A stretch of 64,000 nucleotides of DNA. It comes from a virus. Its lineage: Duplodnaviria; Heunggongvirae; Uroviricota; Caudoviricetes. Shown in pieces: positions 39,601 to 50,168 of this stretch; the first letter of the stretch is position 1; every line of letters starts with the position of its first letter. The translations under genes and the position numbers were made by a program. The notes beneath the pieces are model-generated. The model was not told the DNA's origin. It searched no databases and was given only the letters and a program-made list of their open reading frames with translations. The stretch lies in the IMG/VR virus record IMGVR_UViG_3300035703_000003, one strand, 5' to 3'.

Positions 39601-40731
39601 CCACCATTCTAATTTTAGCTTTAATAAATCTGTTATTTTCTTCTTTAACAACATATACTTTGTCGCCGAATGTTAGTTCTTCAAATTCTACCATTTAATA
39701 ATTCCTCTTAATATCTTTCAAACCATTTAGGATATGGTGCTATATCCCAATACCCATTTCTACGGAAATTAATCCAATAGCGTTCGTCTGGACCAATGTG
39801 TAGATGCCATTTACCAAATCGCCAGTTAATCCAATTGTTGCTCATTTTTTATTCCATGTTTCAATAAAATGCATAGCATCTTCTTCGTTTTGGAATTCCA
39901 CTAAAACTATTACTGGTCCTTGATCCCAATTACCGCTGTCGTATTCTACAAACACTTTAATGTTGTTAGTTGCTAACCAACTTTTAAGTTCTTGTGTTAA
40001 ATTCCAAACTCCATAGCATGGTCCAGGCTCAATAAGCTCTGGATGATTACTTTGATTAAATTTAACAATATGTTTTGCTTTAGCTGGCTTTACGTATTCG
40101 TATCGCATTCTATTCCATCCTCGTTAATAATTTCTATCACACGTAAAATAGCATAGCGTGTCATATCACATTCTTGTTTGTAACGATCTATAATCTCATC
40201 TTTGGTGAGAGGCGTGTGTCTGAACCCTACTTCTAAACTATTGTATGTTGGATTCTCTAAACAACTTGCCCAAAACTCAAGATTGATGAGTAACTCCTCT
40301 TTAGTCATCCAAATACTCTGGTTCAAACTCATCTAGTGTGCTTTGAATTTCTTCAAAGGCAAGTTGAAACTGCTGGACTACCTTCTTGAAATCTTCATCA
40401 ATGATGCTATCAATACTCAGATAGTCAAGGAACAGATATTCAATACCCTCATACTCTGCTTTGTGCCAAAGTTCTTCGTTAGTAAAGCCTTTAACCAATT
40501 GTGTCATGCTTCTTGCCTTCCCTTTTCATAGTCCCAACCCTTACCGCCAAGGGTTTTTAAATTTTTCCACTTTTGTGATTCTTCTTGACAGCGGTCTGGC
40601 TCGCCTACGCTGCCAACCACAGCAAAACAACTATCACAACGATAACTGATGCCACTGCTTTCATCAAAGTGAGCAGTTGATCCGCACGGTAGGAAAATGG
40701 TTCGAAAAACGGTCATTGGTTTGGCTTCCAT
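36690..40731 (-). other. Array of about 14 small hypothetical CDSs, several with a shared C-terminal F-x4-D-x3-F-K-L motif
   Basis: Overlapping minus-strand ORFs 36690-36980, 36965-37189, 37180-37608, 37571-37810, 37788-38132, 38099-38476, 38476-38898, 38895-39335, 39332-39694, 39842-40108, 40090-40332, 40301-40507, 40504-40731. Confidence 0.65.
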
Positions 40732-41066
40732 AGTTTAGCAAACTTCAACACGTTTGGAATTTCTTCATCTGGTCTAGGACATACTACAATACAACTGTCT
40801 CTACCGTCAAGGGTATTCTTTTCGTGAGCCACATAAACATTGGGTAACGAGAAAATTTTATTAAACTCTTTTTCGTTTACTCGCACTACACATTTCTTGA
40901 AACTGTTTTCGAGCCAATTTCGATAATGCGGATACAACGTCCAGTCCGAGCCTTGTTCGTGTGCGACAATGCCAAACTTTAAATGAGCACCAAGAACAGC
41001 ATGAGCCACAAGAGTTGGAGTCATATAGTCTGGAAATTCGTCTAATACAGCAATGTAAAGTTTCAT
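40713..41066 (-). CDS. Peptidyl-tRNA hydrolase type 2 (Pth2)-like protein
   Basis: KLYIAV..VAHAV..W...FKKCVVRV..CIVVCPR. Confidence 0.6.
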   Translation of the reverse strand: MKLYIAVLDEFPDYMTPTLVAHAVLGAHLKFGIVAHEQGSDWTLYPHYRNWLENSFKKCVVRVNEKEFNKIFSLPNVYVAHEKNTLDGRDSCIVVCPRPDEEIPNVLKFAKLWKPNQ

Positions 41067-41305
41067 TCTTCACTTCCTACTACATACGCATCATGATCTC
41101 TTGCTAAACCAGTTAATGCACCAAACAGCATACCTAAACGCTGTTCGTCATTGGCTGCAACAAATGCATACCTACGCTCACTAGCCCATATCATCGAGGG
41201 CGCACAACATGAAAAGTCCGGACAGCACTCGCCGCCAGTTCGACTATAATCGGGTTCTGTAGCGCCTGGAGACCACGGGTTATGCCATGTCTTCCTTCTG
41301 CCCAT
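41063..41305 (-). CDS. Hypothetical protein
   Basis: GECCPDFSCC Cys cluster. Confidence 0.55.
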   Translation of the reverse strand: MGRRKTWHNPWSPGATEPDYSRTGGECCPDFSCCAPSMIWASERRYAFVAANDEQRLGMLFGALTGLARDHDAYVVGSEE

Positions 41306-41357
41306 TCACGTAGCTGATAATTTGCAGCATCACTATAACAAGAAAATTCGTTCATTT

Positions 41358-42563
41358 TTATTTTACATACGCCTCAATTGTGCTACCTGCTTTGGTATTG
41401 ATAGTTACAACCACTGCAAAAAATTCGTCGTCAGGTTTAAAATGATATGCATGTGAATGGTGTGTCCACACTTCATAACGATTCCAATACCCGGTGCCGT
41501 TCGATTGCATTGATCCTACTTGGATAAGTTTATGTTCTTTAAATGCATCCATCGAATAGTCGTAGCAAGTAAACTCTGTCTTGTTAGTTTGATAGTTTTT
41601 AGATGAACGAATTTTCTTTAGGTGCAGATTGGATTTCATATATACATTATGCTTGCCCTTGTAATAGATTAGATTTTCCATTGCTTCTGGGCTAGAAACA
41701 TTTACAGGCTTCAGCGACAAAGTAGCATTTTCACCTAGCTTAGGAGAACCGATGGTTAGTGCAATAAACGAACGATATCCGCCTGATTCAACATTACATG
41801 TGCTATCATGGATTAGTTGATTAACTAGTGCTTCGGACTCTAGTTCGCTCATAGTCGCAGTATCAGTAATAGCGGCAAGTTTAGGCGAACTAATTAGCAA
41901 CAGTTTATGCTTATAAGTTTTATCAGCTTCTTTAATATAAATTACATGCATAGACTTGTCAGACACTGTCAGCAAGTTTGTTTTTTCTCTGTCAGCACGA
42001 TACGATTCATAATATAACAAGCCAAACATGCGCCCTAGCCAAACACCAGTAACGTTGTTTTGCAATAGCACAGTATTGCCAATCTTAACATTTTTCCAGT
42101 CAGCAGTCATAGCAGCAACTTCGGTATTCTTTACTGCAGATTTATATTCGTCAGTAGAAGTGCTTAGTAGAACGTTTTGTTGACCGTCTCTCGCCCAAAC
42201 ACAAGTGTCCATAATCTCGCCACGATCAATCATACCAACAGATAGCAGTTGTGCAAGGTTAGGGCTGGTGATTTCAAGTTCAAACCCACGTGGATCTTCA
42301 ATACGCCATTTATCACTGCCGCCATAACTGCTACTGCGAATATCAGTAGTCATTTTAAAGCCGTTCATAGGAACGTTCTCAATAATCATTGGCTCTAATG
42401 CTTTACTATTATAGCCTTGTCTAGCCCAACTATCAACAGTTGCAATACGTTTTTTAGCAGCAGAGTCTTCTCCCCACGGAGTAATAAACCCGAGAGGAAT
42501 CTTTTCAGTTGAACGCTTGACCATACCTACGTAGTGTTTAGCGGGAATTTTGATATTTGACAT
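41358..42563 (-). CDS. Conserved jumbo-phage hypothetical protein
   Basis: WRIEDPRGFELEIT..NL..I.RGEI..CVWARDG. Confidence 0.7.
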   Translation of the reverse strand: MSNIKIPAKHYVGMVKRSTEKIPLGFITPWGEDSAAKKRIATVDSWARQGYNSKALEPMIIENVPMNGFKMTTDIRSSSYGGSDKWRIEDPRGFELEITSPNLAQLLSVGMIDRGEIMDTCVWARDGQQNVLLSTSTDEYKSAVKNTEVAAMTADWKNVKIGNTVLLQNNVTGVWLGRMFGLLYYESYRADREKTNLLTVSDKSMHVIYIKEADKTYKHKLLLISSPKLAAITDTATMSELESEALVNQLIHDSTCNVESGGYRSFIALTIGSPKLGENATLSLKPVNVSSPEAMENLIYYKGKHNVYMKSNLHLKKIRSSKNYQTNKTEFTCYDYSMDAFKEHKLIQVGSMQSNGTGYWNRYEVWTHHSHAYHFKPDDEFFAVVVTINTKAGSTIEAYVK

Positions 42564-42572
42564 TTGATTACC

Positions 42573-42815
42573 TTAATTTGTGGATGAAATGATCTTTAGC
42601 AACATCGAGTAAGTTTGATCTACTTCGTATAATGCTTCTAAGTATGGTTTAGCAGCTTCTTCTGCAGCAATACGTTTAGCTTGATTCATTTCTGCAGTCA
42701 ATGCTTGTTTTTGTTTAAAAAGCTCTTGCAAGTTTTCATTGGTTGCAACAGCTTTAAGCTCGCTTTTGCCTAAGTTAGATGCGTGTAGTCTGGCGTTTTT
42801 GATTACGTCACTCAC
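42573..42815 (-). CDS. Coiled-coil hypothetical protein
   Basis: ORF in operon. Confidence 0.6.
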   Translation of the reverse strand: MSDVIKNARLHASNLGKSELKAVATNENLQELFKQKQALTAEMNQAKRIAAEEAAKPYLEALYEVDQTYSMLLKIISSTN

Positions 42816-42817
42816 TG

Positions 42818-43270
42818 TTAACCTCTATACTCTCCGACACCGAGTTCACTCTTTAGACCGTGTGTTTCTGCACTTAGGCTAGAACGTGGCCTAGCCGGCA
42901 TGATTTTTAGTGAGAGGTTAATCCAGGATTCTTGCCCTACACCGTCATGTCCGTCGAGCACCGCTGCATCAAGTCCTTCGGAATGCCAATATTTAGAAAA
43001 CAATGACCACAAGTCTTGATGTTCTGCTTTACCTGAAATTGCTTTCTTAAGCCAAGCCTGTTGGTCATAGTTTTTAATTTTTTTAAGTGGGACTTTACTG
43101 TTATTGATATCTTCGACAAAGTCGAGCCTAATATTCTCTAGCCAATCTGCAAGGGCGTCACGCTCTCTGCGAATTTTTTCCATATCGGCGGCAGCTTGTG
43201 CTTCGATACCTTGCACTTTAGCACGTTCGAGTTCGTCTAGGGTCTGTTTAAGTTTATCACCGAGTTTCAT
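42818..43270 (-). CDS. Hypothetical protein
   Basis: HDGVGQESWI motif; its first 26 nt are duplicated at 44074-44099. Confidence 0.7.
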   Translation of the reverse strand: MKLGDKLKQTLDELERAKVQGIEAQAAADMEKIRRERDALADWLENIRLDFVEDINNSKVPLKKIKNYDQQAWLKKAISGKAEHQDLWSLFSKYWHSEGLDAAVLDGHDGVGQESWINLSLKIMPARPRSSLSAETHGLKSELGVGEYRG

Positions 43271-44099
43271 GGTTGAACCTGTTGCTGTCTTTCAATAAAT
43301 ATATTACTATATAATCGCATGAACGTCAACTAATAACTTATATTGTTTCAGTCGAAGAGGGATATTTATGAAAATACTTATTTTATCTAGTGCAAGAACT
43401 GGTAGCTATTATCTGACAACAGTGTTACAAACGTATATGTTTAAAGATACTATAGTACTTAATGAGCCATTTTGCCCCGAAATTAAACAAATGTTTGATC
43501 AATCAGGGTACGTCGATGCCATCATTGAGGCAATACATCACAACGATAATATAATTTTAAAAACACACATTAATCATTTTGAAAATTTACATGAAAAAAA
43601 TTATAAAGATTTTTTTTTAAATAACAATCTATGGTATAGATTGTTGTTGTTAAGGAAAGATGTATTCAAGTGTGCATTTAGTCATGCAGTTGCCGAAATG
43701 TCCGGAAGTTTTAGTGCAGGGCCTTATAAAAACTTATTGTTTGCTATTGACGTGGATCATTTTTCAAATATTATCAAATCTAAACTAGTTAACTGGATAG
43801 AGTTCTCAAAAATAAAATCTCACGGAAACTATAATAGAATCATATATTTTGAAGACTTTTCTTTTGACATAGACATCGATTTTAACCGATTATATGTTCC
43901 GCTTGAACAAGTGATTCAAAACAACAGTGTTACACCTTCGAAAAAAACACCTTATGATATATTAACTATTACAAATAAAGATGAGCTCCAAGAACGTTTT
44001 TATGAAATAATTAACGAATTCTCTTATGCAGGTATAAAAAACAGTAACGGTTTATTAGAATTAGAATAACATATGTTTAAGTTTTTCACCGAGTTTCAT
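43245..44099. mobile_element. Inserted cassette (promoter plus sulfotransferase gene) bounded by a 26-bp direct repeat
   Basis: tgtttaagtttatcaccgagtttcat (43245-43270) and tgtttaagtttttcaccgagtttcat (44074-44099), one mismatch. Confidence 0.6.
43368..44069 (+). CDS. Sulfotransferase-like protein (Stf0/PAPS-binding)
   Basis: ILSSARTGSYYL, LNEPF, LLRKD....FS, IYFED; AT-rich and opposite strand to its neighbours. Confidence 0.75.
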   Translation: MKILILSSARTGSYYLTTVLQTYMFKDTIVLNEPFCPEIKQMFDQSGYVDAIIEAIHHNDNIILKTHINHFENLHEKNYKDFFLNNNLWYRLLLLRKDVFKCAFSHAVAEMSGSFSAGPYKNLLFAIDVDHFSNIIKSKLVNWIEFSKIKSHGNYNRIIYFEDFSFDIDIDFNRLYVPLEQVIQNNSVTPSKKTPYDILTITNKDELQERFYEIINEFSYAGIKNSNGLLELE

Positions 44100-44338
44100 T
44101 GTTCATTATACCTTCTTGCAATAGAAAATGCTTCTTCAAGATCAAATCGAGTAGCAGCAATAAACTCTTCGGTTCTACTGCTAGGCATAGGTTCATAATG
44201 ACGTTGTAGTTCTCTGTCAAGAACTGTGCCGCCAAATACGCTTACACACCAAAGATCCTTGCCACGCTTCTCAATTGCAATGTCTTCAGCAATTTGAAAT
44301 CGTGTGGCCATTTTAAGCATTTGTTCTGCGGTAAACAT
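44096..44338 (-). CDS. Hypothetical protein
   Basis: YEPMPSSRTEEFIAATRFDLEEA. Confidence 0.65.
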   Translation of the reverse strand: MFTAEQMLKMATRFQIAEDIAIEKRGKDLWCVSVFGGTVLDRELQRHYEPMPSSRTEEFIAATRFDLEEAFSIARRYNEQ

Positions 44339-45390
44339 TAGTCGCCTCCTTTAAGAAGGAATTGGTTAGAGATAGTTTTAAAGCTGAAGCTAGGATCTTC
44401 GTTGCACTTCCAAACAAGACCTTCACGAATAGGATGATTAATGCTAGGACCTTCAGCGAGAGCAAGACCTTCTTCGACAGAAGCTGGTGCTTTCCAATCT
44501 TCTCCAAGAATAGGAACACCTTCTACAGCAGGATCTAGACCGAATTCAAACATTGATTTAAGGCAACCAATCCTGGTTTTCGGATCAAGATACTTGTGCT
44601 CTTTAATGTTAAAGATGTCGAACACAAAGAACTTGTGATCTTTGAACCCTTCACGGTTACCCTGAATGCCGGGACCCATAAGTTCGCCTTGCAGAGCAAA
44701 GCCTTCGGGCACAAGTTGACCCATCTTCAGTGCCATTGCAACAAAGGTGTTGTCCTTGTTCTCGTCGTTGATCTTGAGTTCCATGTTGCGGCTGCACACA
44801 CGAAGCTCGCCTTCCCAACGGAAAATTGTCATTGACGAACCGTCGAGTTTCAAAGTAACTTCGTAAGTTACATCACCCTTCTTCTCAATATCACGGAAGC
44901 AGTTTTGAATCCGCTCTTGATCGGTCTTGGGGATCAGTGAAGATGGGAAAGTGCCTTTAGCTTGCCCTTGCAGTTGAGCAGGAATAGGTGCTTCCCACTT
45001 TTGGATGCCGAGGATATCAGTAACATCAAAACTGCGATCACTGTCGTTAGGATCAACAATACGAGTTTTATGAAACTCCTTTACAACATCCGGGAAGTCC
45101 CAGTAGTTGAGAAGTAGACCTTGCGAAACTTGCCCACGAAGTTTAACAGTGCGGAGGCGTTCGCCTTTTACACCGTTGTATTCACGAGGTTCGTGACCTT
45201 TGCTAAGGAACGGTGCAATCTCATGCGGAACCCAGCTGTCAATTTCAAGATAGATAGCAGAGTCGCCGATTGCAAATTCGCCCTTTTTAATGACAACTTT
45301 CCAACCGTCAACAACAGCTACTTCAATAGCGTCGGCGCCTTCAATAGGCAGAATGTCAGCAATGCGTCGAATCGAAGCTAGTTTACGCAT
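44338..45390 (-). CDS. RNA ligase, DRB0094/Rnl2-like family
   Basis: MRKLASIRRI OB domain; KTDQER, KLDGSS, GELMGPGIQGN, REGLVWK, SFKTISN. Confidence 0.9.
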   Translation of the reverse strand: MRKLASIRRIADILPIEGADAIEVAVVDGWKVVIKKGEFAIGDSAIYLEIDSWVPHEIAPFLSKGHEPREYNGVKGERLRTVKLRGQVSQGLLLNYWDFPDVVKEFHKTRIVDPNDSDRSFDVTDILGIQKWEAPIPAQLQGQAKGTFPSSLIPKTDQERIQNCFRDIEKKGDVTYEVTLKLDGSSMTIFRWEGELRVCSRNMELKINDENKDNTFVAMALKMGQLVPEGFALQGELMGPGIQGNREGFKDHKFFVFDIFNIKEHKYLDPKTRIGCLKSMFEFGLDPAVEGVPILGEDWKAPASVEEGLALAEGPSINHPIREGLVWKCNEDPSFSFKTISNQFLLKGGD

Positions 45391-45453
45391 TAGTTTACCT
45401 CTTTGTTTTGTTACAAAGTTAAAGTAGCATAAAACCACGATGCTGTCAACTAG

Positions 45454-45819
45454 TCAAACATCGTCGTTTTGAGTTTTAAGGAAGTTTTCCATATACCTTC
45501 GAATGTTTTCAGCACCAACAGGATTCATGCTGTGAACATGATATCCAAAGCCCACAGGCATTCGAAGACGGTTATCCATCACATAGTCACAGAACCATTT
45601 GGCAAAAGTATAACCAGTCTTTTCGCCAGTGTCTTTGCCGTAGTGTTCGTCAGCAAGATCGTGGTCGAAACTGATGAAGGTAGGCAAGCCATATTGCTTC
45701 ACTGCCCACACAGCATCATCCATACTGCGACAGATTCTAAGATTTTCATAAGGGCCATAGAAGAATTTTACATCTTCCGGAAAACGGATATCGTCTAGGA
45801 ACAGTGTCCAGTATTTCAT
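45454..45819 (-). CDS. Cyclic-phosphate-processing receiver-domain protein
   Basis: LFLDDIR, ISFDHDL, TGYTFAKW, HSMNPVG. Confidence 0.8.
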   Translation of the reverse strand: MKYWTLFLDDIRFPEDVKFFYGPYENLRICRSMDDAVWAVKQYGLPTFISFDHDLADEHYGKDTGEKTGYTFAKWFCDYVMDNRLRMPVGFGYHVHSMNPVGAENIRRYMENFLKTQNDDV

Positions 45820-45970
45820 TTCAATGTCCAAAATTCTTTATCAATTTCAATTCGGTCATCAAGACCTTTTTGATAACCAGCATACCACGCAAGCCACAAT
45901 GCTTCTCCTACATCATTACGTAGCAGACCAGATAAAATATCTTTGTGTTGTTCGAACCATTCATCAAAGG

Positions 45971-46948
45971 TCATGCTTTATTTGCCCATTTAGCATACTT
46001 GTCTTCAGGATCCTGGTCGATGCCATTTTCTTCCCTCCACTGCTGATCTTCTTCGTATTCAGCAAGTGCTTCTTCTTTTGTATAGAAACGTCCTTCGTTC
46101 CAGTTCCAGTGATTTACATTGTAAATTTGAAAGTTGAAGAACCAGTTAAAGACCGTAAGTTCTAAGCGTGGCCCAGCATGATCCTTACCAGTCCAACTGG
46201 TATCTACATAAATTTCAAAAATGTTACGCAGTGGCATACGTGAAATTTGTAGCTCTGTGGCCCAATTCTCGCTTAATCGCTTGTCCCACACAACGTAGTC
46301 TTTTTGCTCAGTGCGGTCGTTAGGACGAGGATGGTTTATACGAAAAATAAATTCAATCATTTTTTTTCCAAAGTTTTACAAAGAGTCCAGTATCTTCTAC
46401 GTAGCAGTAACCAGGCACAACATACTCACGACCGTGTTTATCTACATAAAGATTGTCTTGGTCTTTGAGCACCGTTACGATCATATCGTGAAACTGTTTT
46501 TGTGCCTCAGTCTCATCAATGTCGTTTAGTTCACTTTGCTCCATATAGTAAAGCCAAGTTTCACTAAAATTGTCAATGCAAGGTCTGGGTGTAATAGACT
46601 GTTGATACACTGTTCCACTGTAGAATGCTGTAGCAAAGCAGGCAATAGCAATCAACCAACCTGCAACATAACCGTATGTAATTTGAGGATACATCACAAC
46701 CATCCAGTCCTATTCTTTTCTTCTTCAGTAAACTGTCCGCCCATACGATCTGGGTTCAGTTGCCAGCCCATATCAGACACAGTGTCGCTCAACTTTTTGA
46801 GTTCTCTGGCCTGACTGTCAATCCGGCCAGCAGCACGACTTAGCAAAATGTAGATCTTTTCTTTATCAAAGACAAAGTTATCATCTTCGATATCAGCAAG
46901 TACATCGGCAATATCAGCAACAATATCAGTCATTTTAGCACTCCGCAA
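45971..46948 (-). other. Three hypothetical CDSs (45971-46360, 46353-46703, 46694-46948)
   Basis: Coupled minus-strand ORFs. Confidence 0.6.
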
Positions 46949-47130
46949 TCGCAGTAAAGTGTTTCATCACCGATCGTTTCACTGGTTCACTGTGACGATA
47001 CGGAGTAGCAACCAACTGTGGTGCTTCGGTATACATACGCCGCTTAACCAGTTCCAGCGTATACAGTTTGCCGTTTGTGTGTCTGAAGATAGTCATGTCT
47101 AACCCCCTGCGTCTTACTTCCTACACTAAC

Positions 47131-47159
47131 AATATAAGCAATACATCTTGGTTTGTCAA
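47131..47159 (-). promoter_or_regulatory. Sigma70-type early promoter with degenerate palindrome
   Basis: TTGACA-17-TATATT; aatacatctt at 47140-47149. Confidence 0.75.
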
Positions 47160-47160
47160 T

Positions 47161-47190
47161 AAAAAAGGCGACCTAAACCGCCTTTTCTTT
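47161..47190. terminator. Rho-independent terminator
   Basis: aaaaaaggcg-acctaaac-cgccttttcttt. Confidence 0.7.
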
Positions 47191-47192
47191 TA

Positions 47193-48350
47193 TTACATGC
47201 CCATCCATCGAGCGCATTCTTCCCAACGAGTGTTAGTAGAAGTATGCTTCTCGATATGGTCAATAATCATCTTACGACCTTCACGATCACCAAAGCGACC
47301 AAACACGTAGTTAGGCGCAAACGAGTCGTTGTTCTTAATCGTAGGCATCCATTCCTGAGCATAACGCTTACGGTCAAGGCCCGAAGCAACTACAGTGTTG
47401 TAGTAACGTTCGTAGCTTTCTACAAGCGAGTGCAGCCGTTCTGCAAACCGACGTTCGAATTCACGAACACGATCTGCTTCATGCTGCGGCAGCATAGGAA
47501 TAGCATCGTCAACTTCTTCGTTAAGAATTAGTTCAACAATGTGACGATCATACCGAATCTTGTCCATAGTCTTGTGAATACGAACATACCAGTCGTTCTT
47601 GATCTTCAACATATGCCCGTCCGAAAAACGGATAATATCCCCTTCACGGTTTTCTTGCATACGAGCCCGAGCAATGTAGTCAGCGAGATTGCCCTCAATC
47701 GAGCCATACACAGGAACACGAGTAAGCCCAGCAGGAGTATCGTTCTGGTCTACAAGATACCCGCCAGTCTCGTTAACACGAATAGCAAGCAACACAAGGT
47801 CAGGCTCGCTATAGCTGATAACGATCTGGTTAGTAGGAGCGATGAATTCAAAGATCGGAGTGACGCCAATCTTCACACACCGTTCCAACCAAATCGAAAT
47901 CTCGGCCCAGTCCTTGCGAGAAGCAAGATAAGTTTCAGCAGCCATAGCTACTTCAGTAACACCCATCTTGGTAGCAAGACGCAGACGACCATCGACCAGC
48001 AACGGACGAATCATCGACCCGTCCATCTTTTCCATAATAACGTGAGACTCGCTCAGATCAATCTTGTGCATCTGAGTTTCTTCACGTTCGTTTACGTTGA
48101 AGAACTTGTGGAACGGACGGCTCATAAGGTTGCCCTCACGGTCAAAGATCAAGCCACGGCACTCACGGCGGATCGCACCACCAAGGTCATCGGGCCCAGT
48201 CATATCAAAGGTATCTTCCATAGCAACAGCGTAGTTGATTACAGTGTAACCTTCACGCTCTGCTACGATAAATTCGTCACGCCCTTCGATATGAGGAAGA
48301 ACATCCTCAATCGTGCGAATCACTGGAAACTGGTATTGCATGTTAGACAC
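47193..48350 (-). CDS. T4 Rnl1-family RNA ligase
   Basis: RECRGLIFD, RPFHKFFNVNE, EKMDGS, TPIFE, EGDIIRF, LKIKNDWY. Confidence 0.9.
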   Translation of the reverse strand: MSNMQYQFPVIRTIEDVLPHIEGRDEFIVAEREGYTVINYAVAMEDTFDMTGPDDLGGAIRRECRGLIFDREGNLMSRPFHKFFNVNEREETQMHKIDLSESHVIMEKMDGSMIRPLLVDGRLRLATKMGVTEVAMAAETYLASRKDWAEISIWLERCVKIGVTPIFEFIAPTNQIVISYSEPDLVLLAIRVNETGGYLVDQNDTPAGLTRVPVYGSIEGNLADYIARARMQENREGDIIRFSDGHMLKIKNDWYVRIHKTMDKIRYDRHIVELILNEEVDDAIPMLPQHEADRVREFERRFAERLHSLVESYERYYNTVVASGLDRKRYAQEWMPTIKNNDSFAPNYVFGRFGDREGRKMIIDHIEKHTSTNTRWEECARWMGM

Positions 48351-48400
48351 CCTTTTTCGTTACTATTAACTTATATAATAACCGTTCATGGTTGTCAAGC

Positions 48401-48424
48401 AAAAAGGGCCTTAAAGGCCCTTTT
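48401..48424. terminator. Rho-independent terminator
   Basis: aaaaagggcc-ttaaa-ggccctttt. Confidence 0.75.
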
Positions 48425-48929
48425 ATTTCTCTAAGTTGCCATACATATCAAAGATGCGGATAACATCAAACCCTTCATTGAGAGTAGGGATAGTATAGTT
48501 CTCCATCATTGAACTCATTACATTATCTGGGATAGTTTTACCCGGACGATTCTTAAGGCGATCGAGCCACTCGTCGATTTCTTCTTCACTGATTGGCGGA
48601 CGAATGCACTCACACACAACTGTATAGCCAGCGTTCTTCATCCGACGAACAATCTTCTCACGCTTCTTCGTGCCAGTGTTAGTTTGATCCCAAACAATGT
48701 CCATGCCTTCACGAATCGCAGTGTCAAGCATACGATTCATTTCGCTAGTTGCTTTGTCAATATACTTAGCAAATGCAAAGTCGTAGGTCCACCCTTGGCC
48801 CTTGGCCCATTCTTCGATGAGATTATCAGTGCTATAAACAAAAGCATCAGGATTCATAGTTGTGAGATCACGAACACGAGTGCTTTTGCCGGTCCCCGGA
48901 AGCCCAGCCATAACAATGCAAATAGACAT
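48423..48929 (-). CDS. AAA_33 / polynucleotide kinase domain protein
   Basis: GLPGTGKST, STD, DQTN, R..RPGKTIP, PT..EGFD. Confidence 0.85.
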   Translation of the reverse strand: MSICIVMAGLPGTGKSTRVRDLTTMNPDAFVYSTDNLIEEWAKGQGWTYDFAFAKYIDKATSEMNRMLDTAIREGMDIVWDQTNTGTKKREKIVRRMKNAGYTVVCECIRPPISEEEIDEWLDRLKNRPGKTIPDNVMSSMMENYTIPTLNEGFDVIRIFDMYGNLEK

Positions 48930-48947
48930 TTTATTATTCTTTCTAAG

Positions 48948-49661
48948 TTAGAAGTAAACGTGAAGGTTTTCAGCAACAGGGCTAAATCCTTCAAACAGTT
49001 CGGAACCATCAAGCACCAGAGCTTCACGCTCACGACCGTGAATTACAATCGGCGATTCGAGATCAACATACACGTTAAGACCGTTGCCGTAGCTGCTACG
49101 AACGTTACTGATGGTGCCGATGAACGGCGCACCAAAATAATTTCCAGTAACAGTCTTGCCTACACCGTCCTGATAGAGCGCATTCATGAAGCTGTTCATT
49201 TTGTGTCTCTGTTGCCTACATTATTAATGTAATACATCTTGAAGAAGAAGTCAACCACTATTCTTCCCAGCGGATCACAAAGAACTCTCGGTCTTGGTCA
49301 CGCCCACCGTCGATGTCATAGACCTTCTCCGATCGTACGTCAATCACGGCATCGTCAGGATAGTCATCCAACATCCTACGGAGGTCCTTCACAGTCACAC
49401 CGTCTAGGACGATATACTTCTCGTACACCGTGTATTCACCGCTTTCTTTGCGTTCAGTCATAGTATGGTCTCCATCACATCACAGTAGACACCGTAGTGG
49501 ATGCTGTATTCTTCACTCTGTCTCCGCCAATACTCACAGTATTTGGAGTGGGCTTCCCTAGTGTCATCAGCCATCACGATGCGGATGTCTTCGACAGTGT
49601 AGGTATCTCCCATGTATGGAGTTACGCTAACACTGCCTTTTACAATATACGGAATCATCAA
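48948..49661 (-). other. Three small hypothetical CDSs (48948-49199, 49258-49461, 49458-49661)
   Basis: Minus-strand ORFs; promoter 49226-49254 precedes the first. Confidence 0.6.
49226..49254 (-). promoter_or_regulatory. Sigma70-type promoter with palindrome next to the -10
   Basis: TTGACT-17-TACATT; aatacatctt at 49231-49240. Confidence 0.65.
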
Positions 49662-50104
49662 AAGTCCTCCTCACCTTGGTAGACGTTAAACACAAAGATA
49701 CCAGCATCACGCCACATACGCACAACTCGTGGACGATCGTCGAACACCATGTCTGGCTTCTTACCGTAGTCAGCGATGATTTCGTCAAGGATTTCACGCT
49801 TAACAATATCGTCGCCACGGAAGTCTTCTGCTTTACGCATGTAGAGTTTTTCGTATTCGTAAAACCCATTGCTCTGAAGCCATTTTTCAGTAGCAGAGCG
49901 ACTGCGCTCATTTCGGCCACTGGCAAGAATAATAGTGTTGAACGCAGACAGCGAACGAAATGCTTCAGCAACATACGGATTTACTTTATCATTCGGAATG
50001 CCAGCGTCAAAGGCTTTCCAATTTTTCGGCTTGCTACGAACAAACCCAAGGCGGTGTTCGATATTAGCTAGTGTGCCGTCGATGTCGAAGACAATCAGAG
50101 CCAT
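49658..50104 (-). CDS. PNKP-type HAD 3'-phosphatase
   Basis: FDIDGTLA, SGR, LYMR..D.RGD..VK, FDDRPRVV.MWR. Confidence 0.88.
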   Translation of the reverse strand: MALIVFDIDGTLANIEHRLGFVRSKPKNWKAFDAGIPNDKVNPYVAEAFRSLSAFNTIILASGRNERSRSATEKWLQSNGFYEYEKLYMRKAEDFRGDDIVKREILDEIIADYGKKPDMVFDDRPRVVRMWRDAGIFVFNVYQGEEDF

Positions 50105-50139
50105 AGTTTTTACTTTCTATGTTAGTGTGTTTATAACTT

Positions 50140-50168
50140 ACATTAATATAAGACGTCTTACTTGTCAA
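50140..50168 (-). promoter_or_regulatory. Sigma70-type promoter with perfect AAGACGTCTT palindrome
   Basis: TTGACA-17-TAATGT; palindrome at 50150-50159. Confidence 0.7.

Noticed and set aside
47541-48434. 297-aa plus-strand ORF
   Set aside because: Antisense shadow of the Rnl1 ligase gene with no recognisable motifs; explained by codon bias
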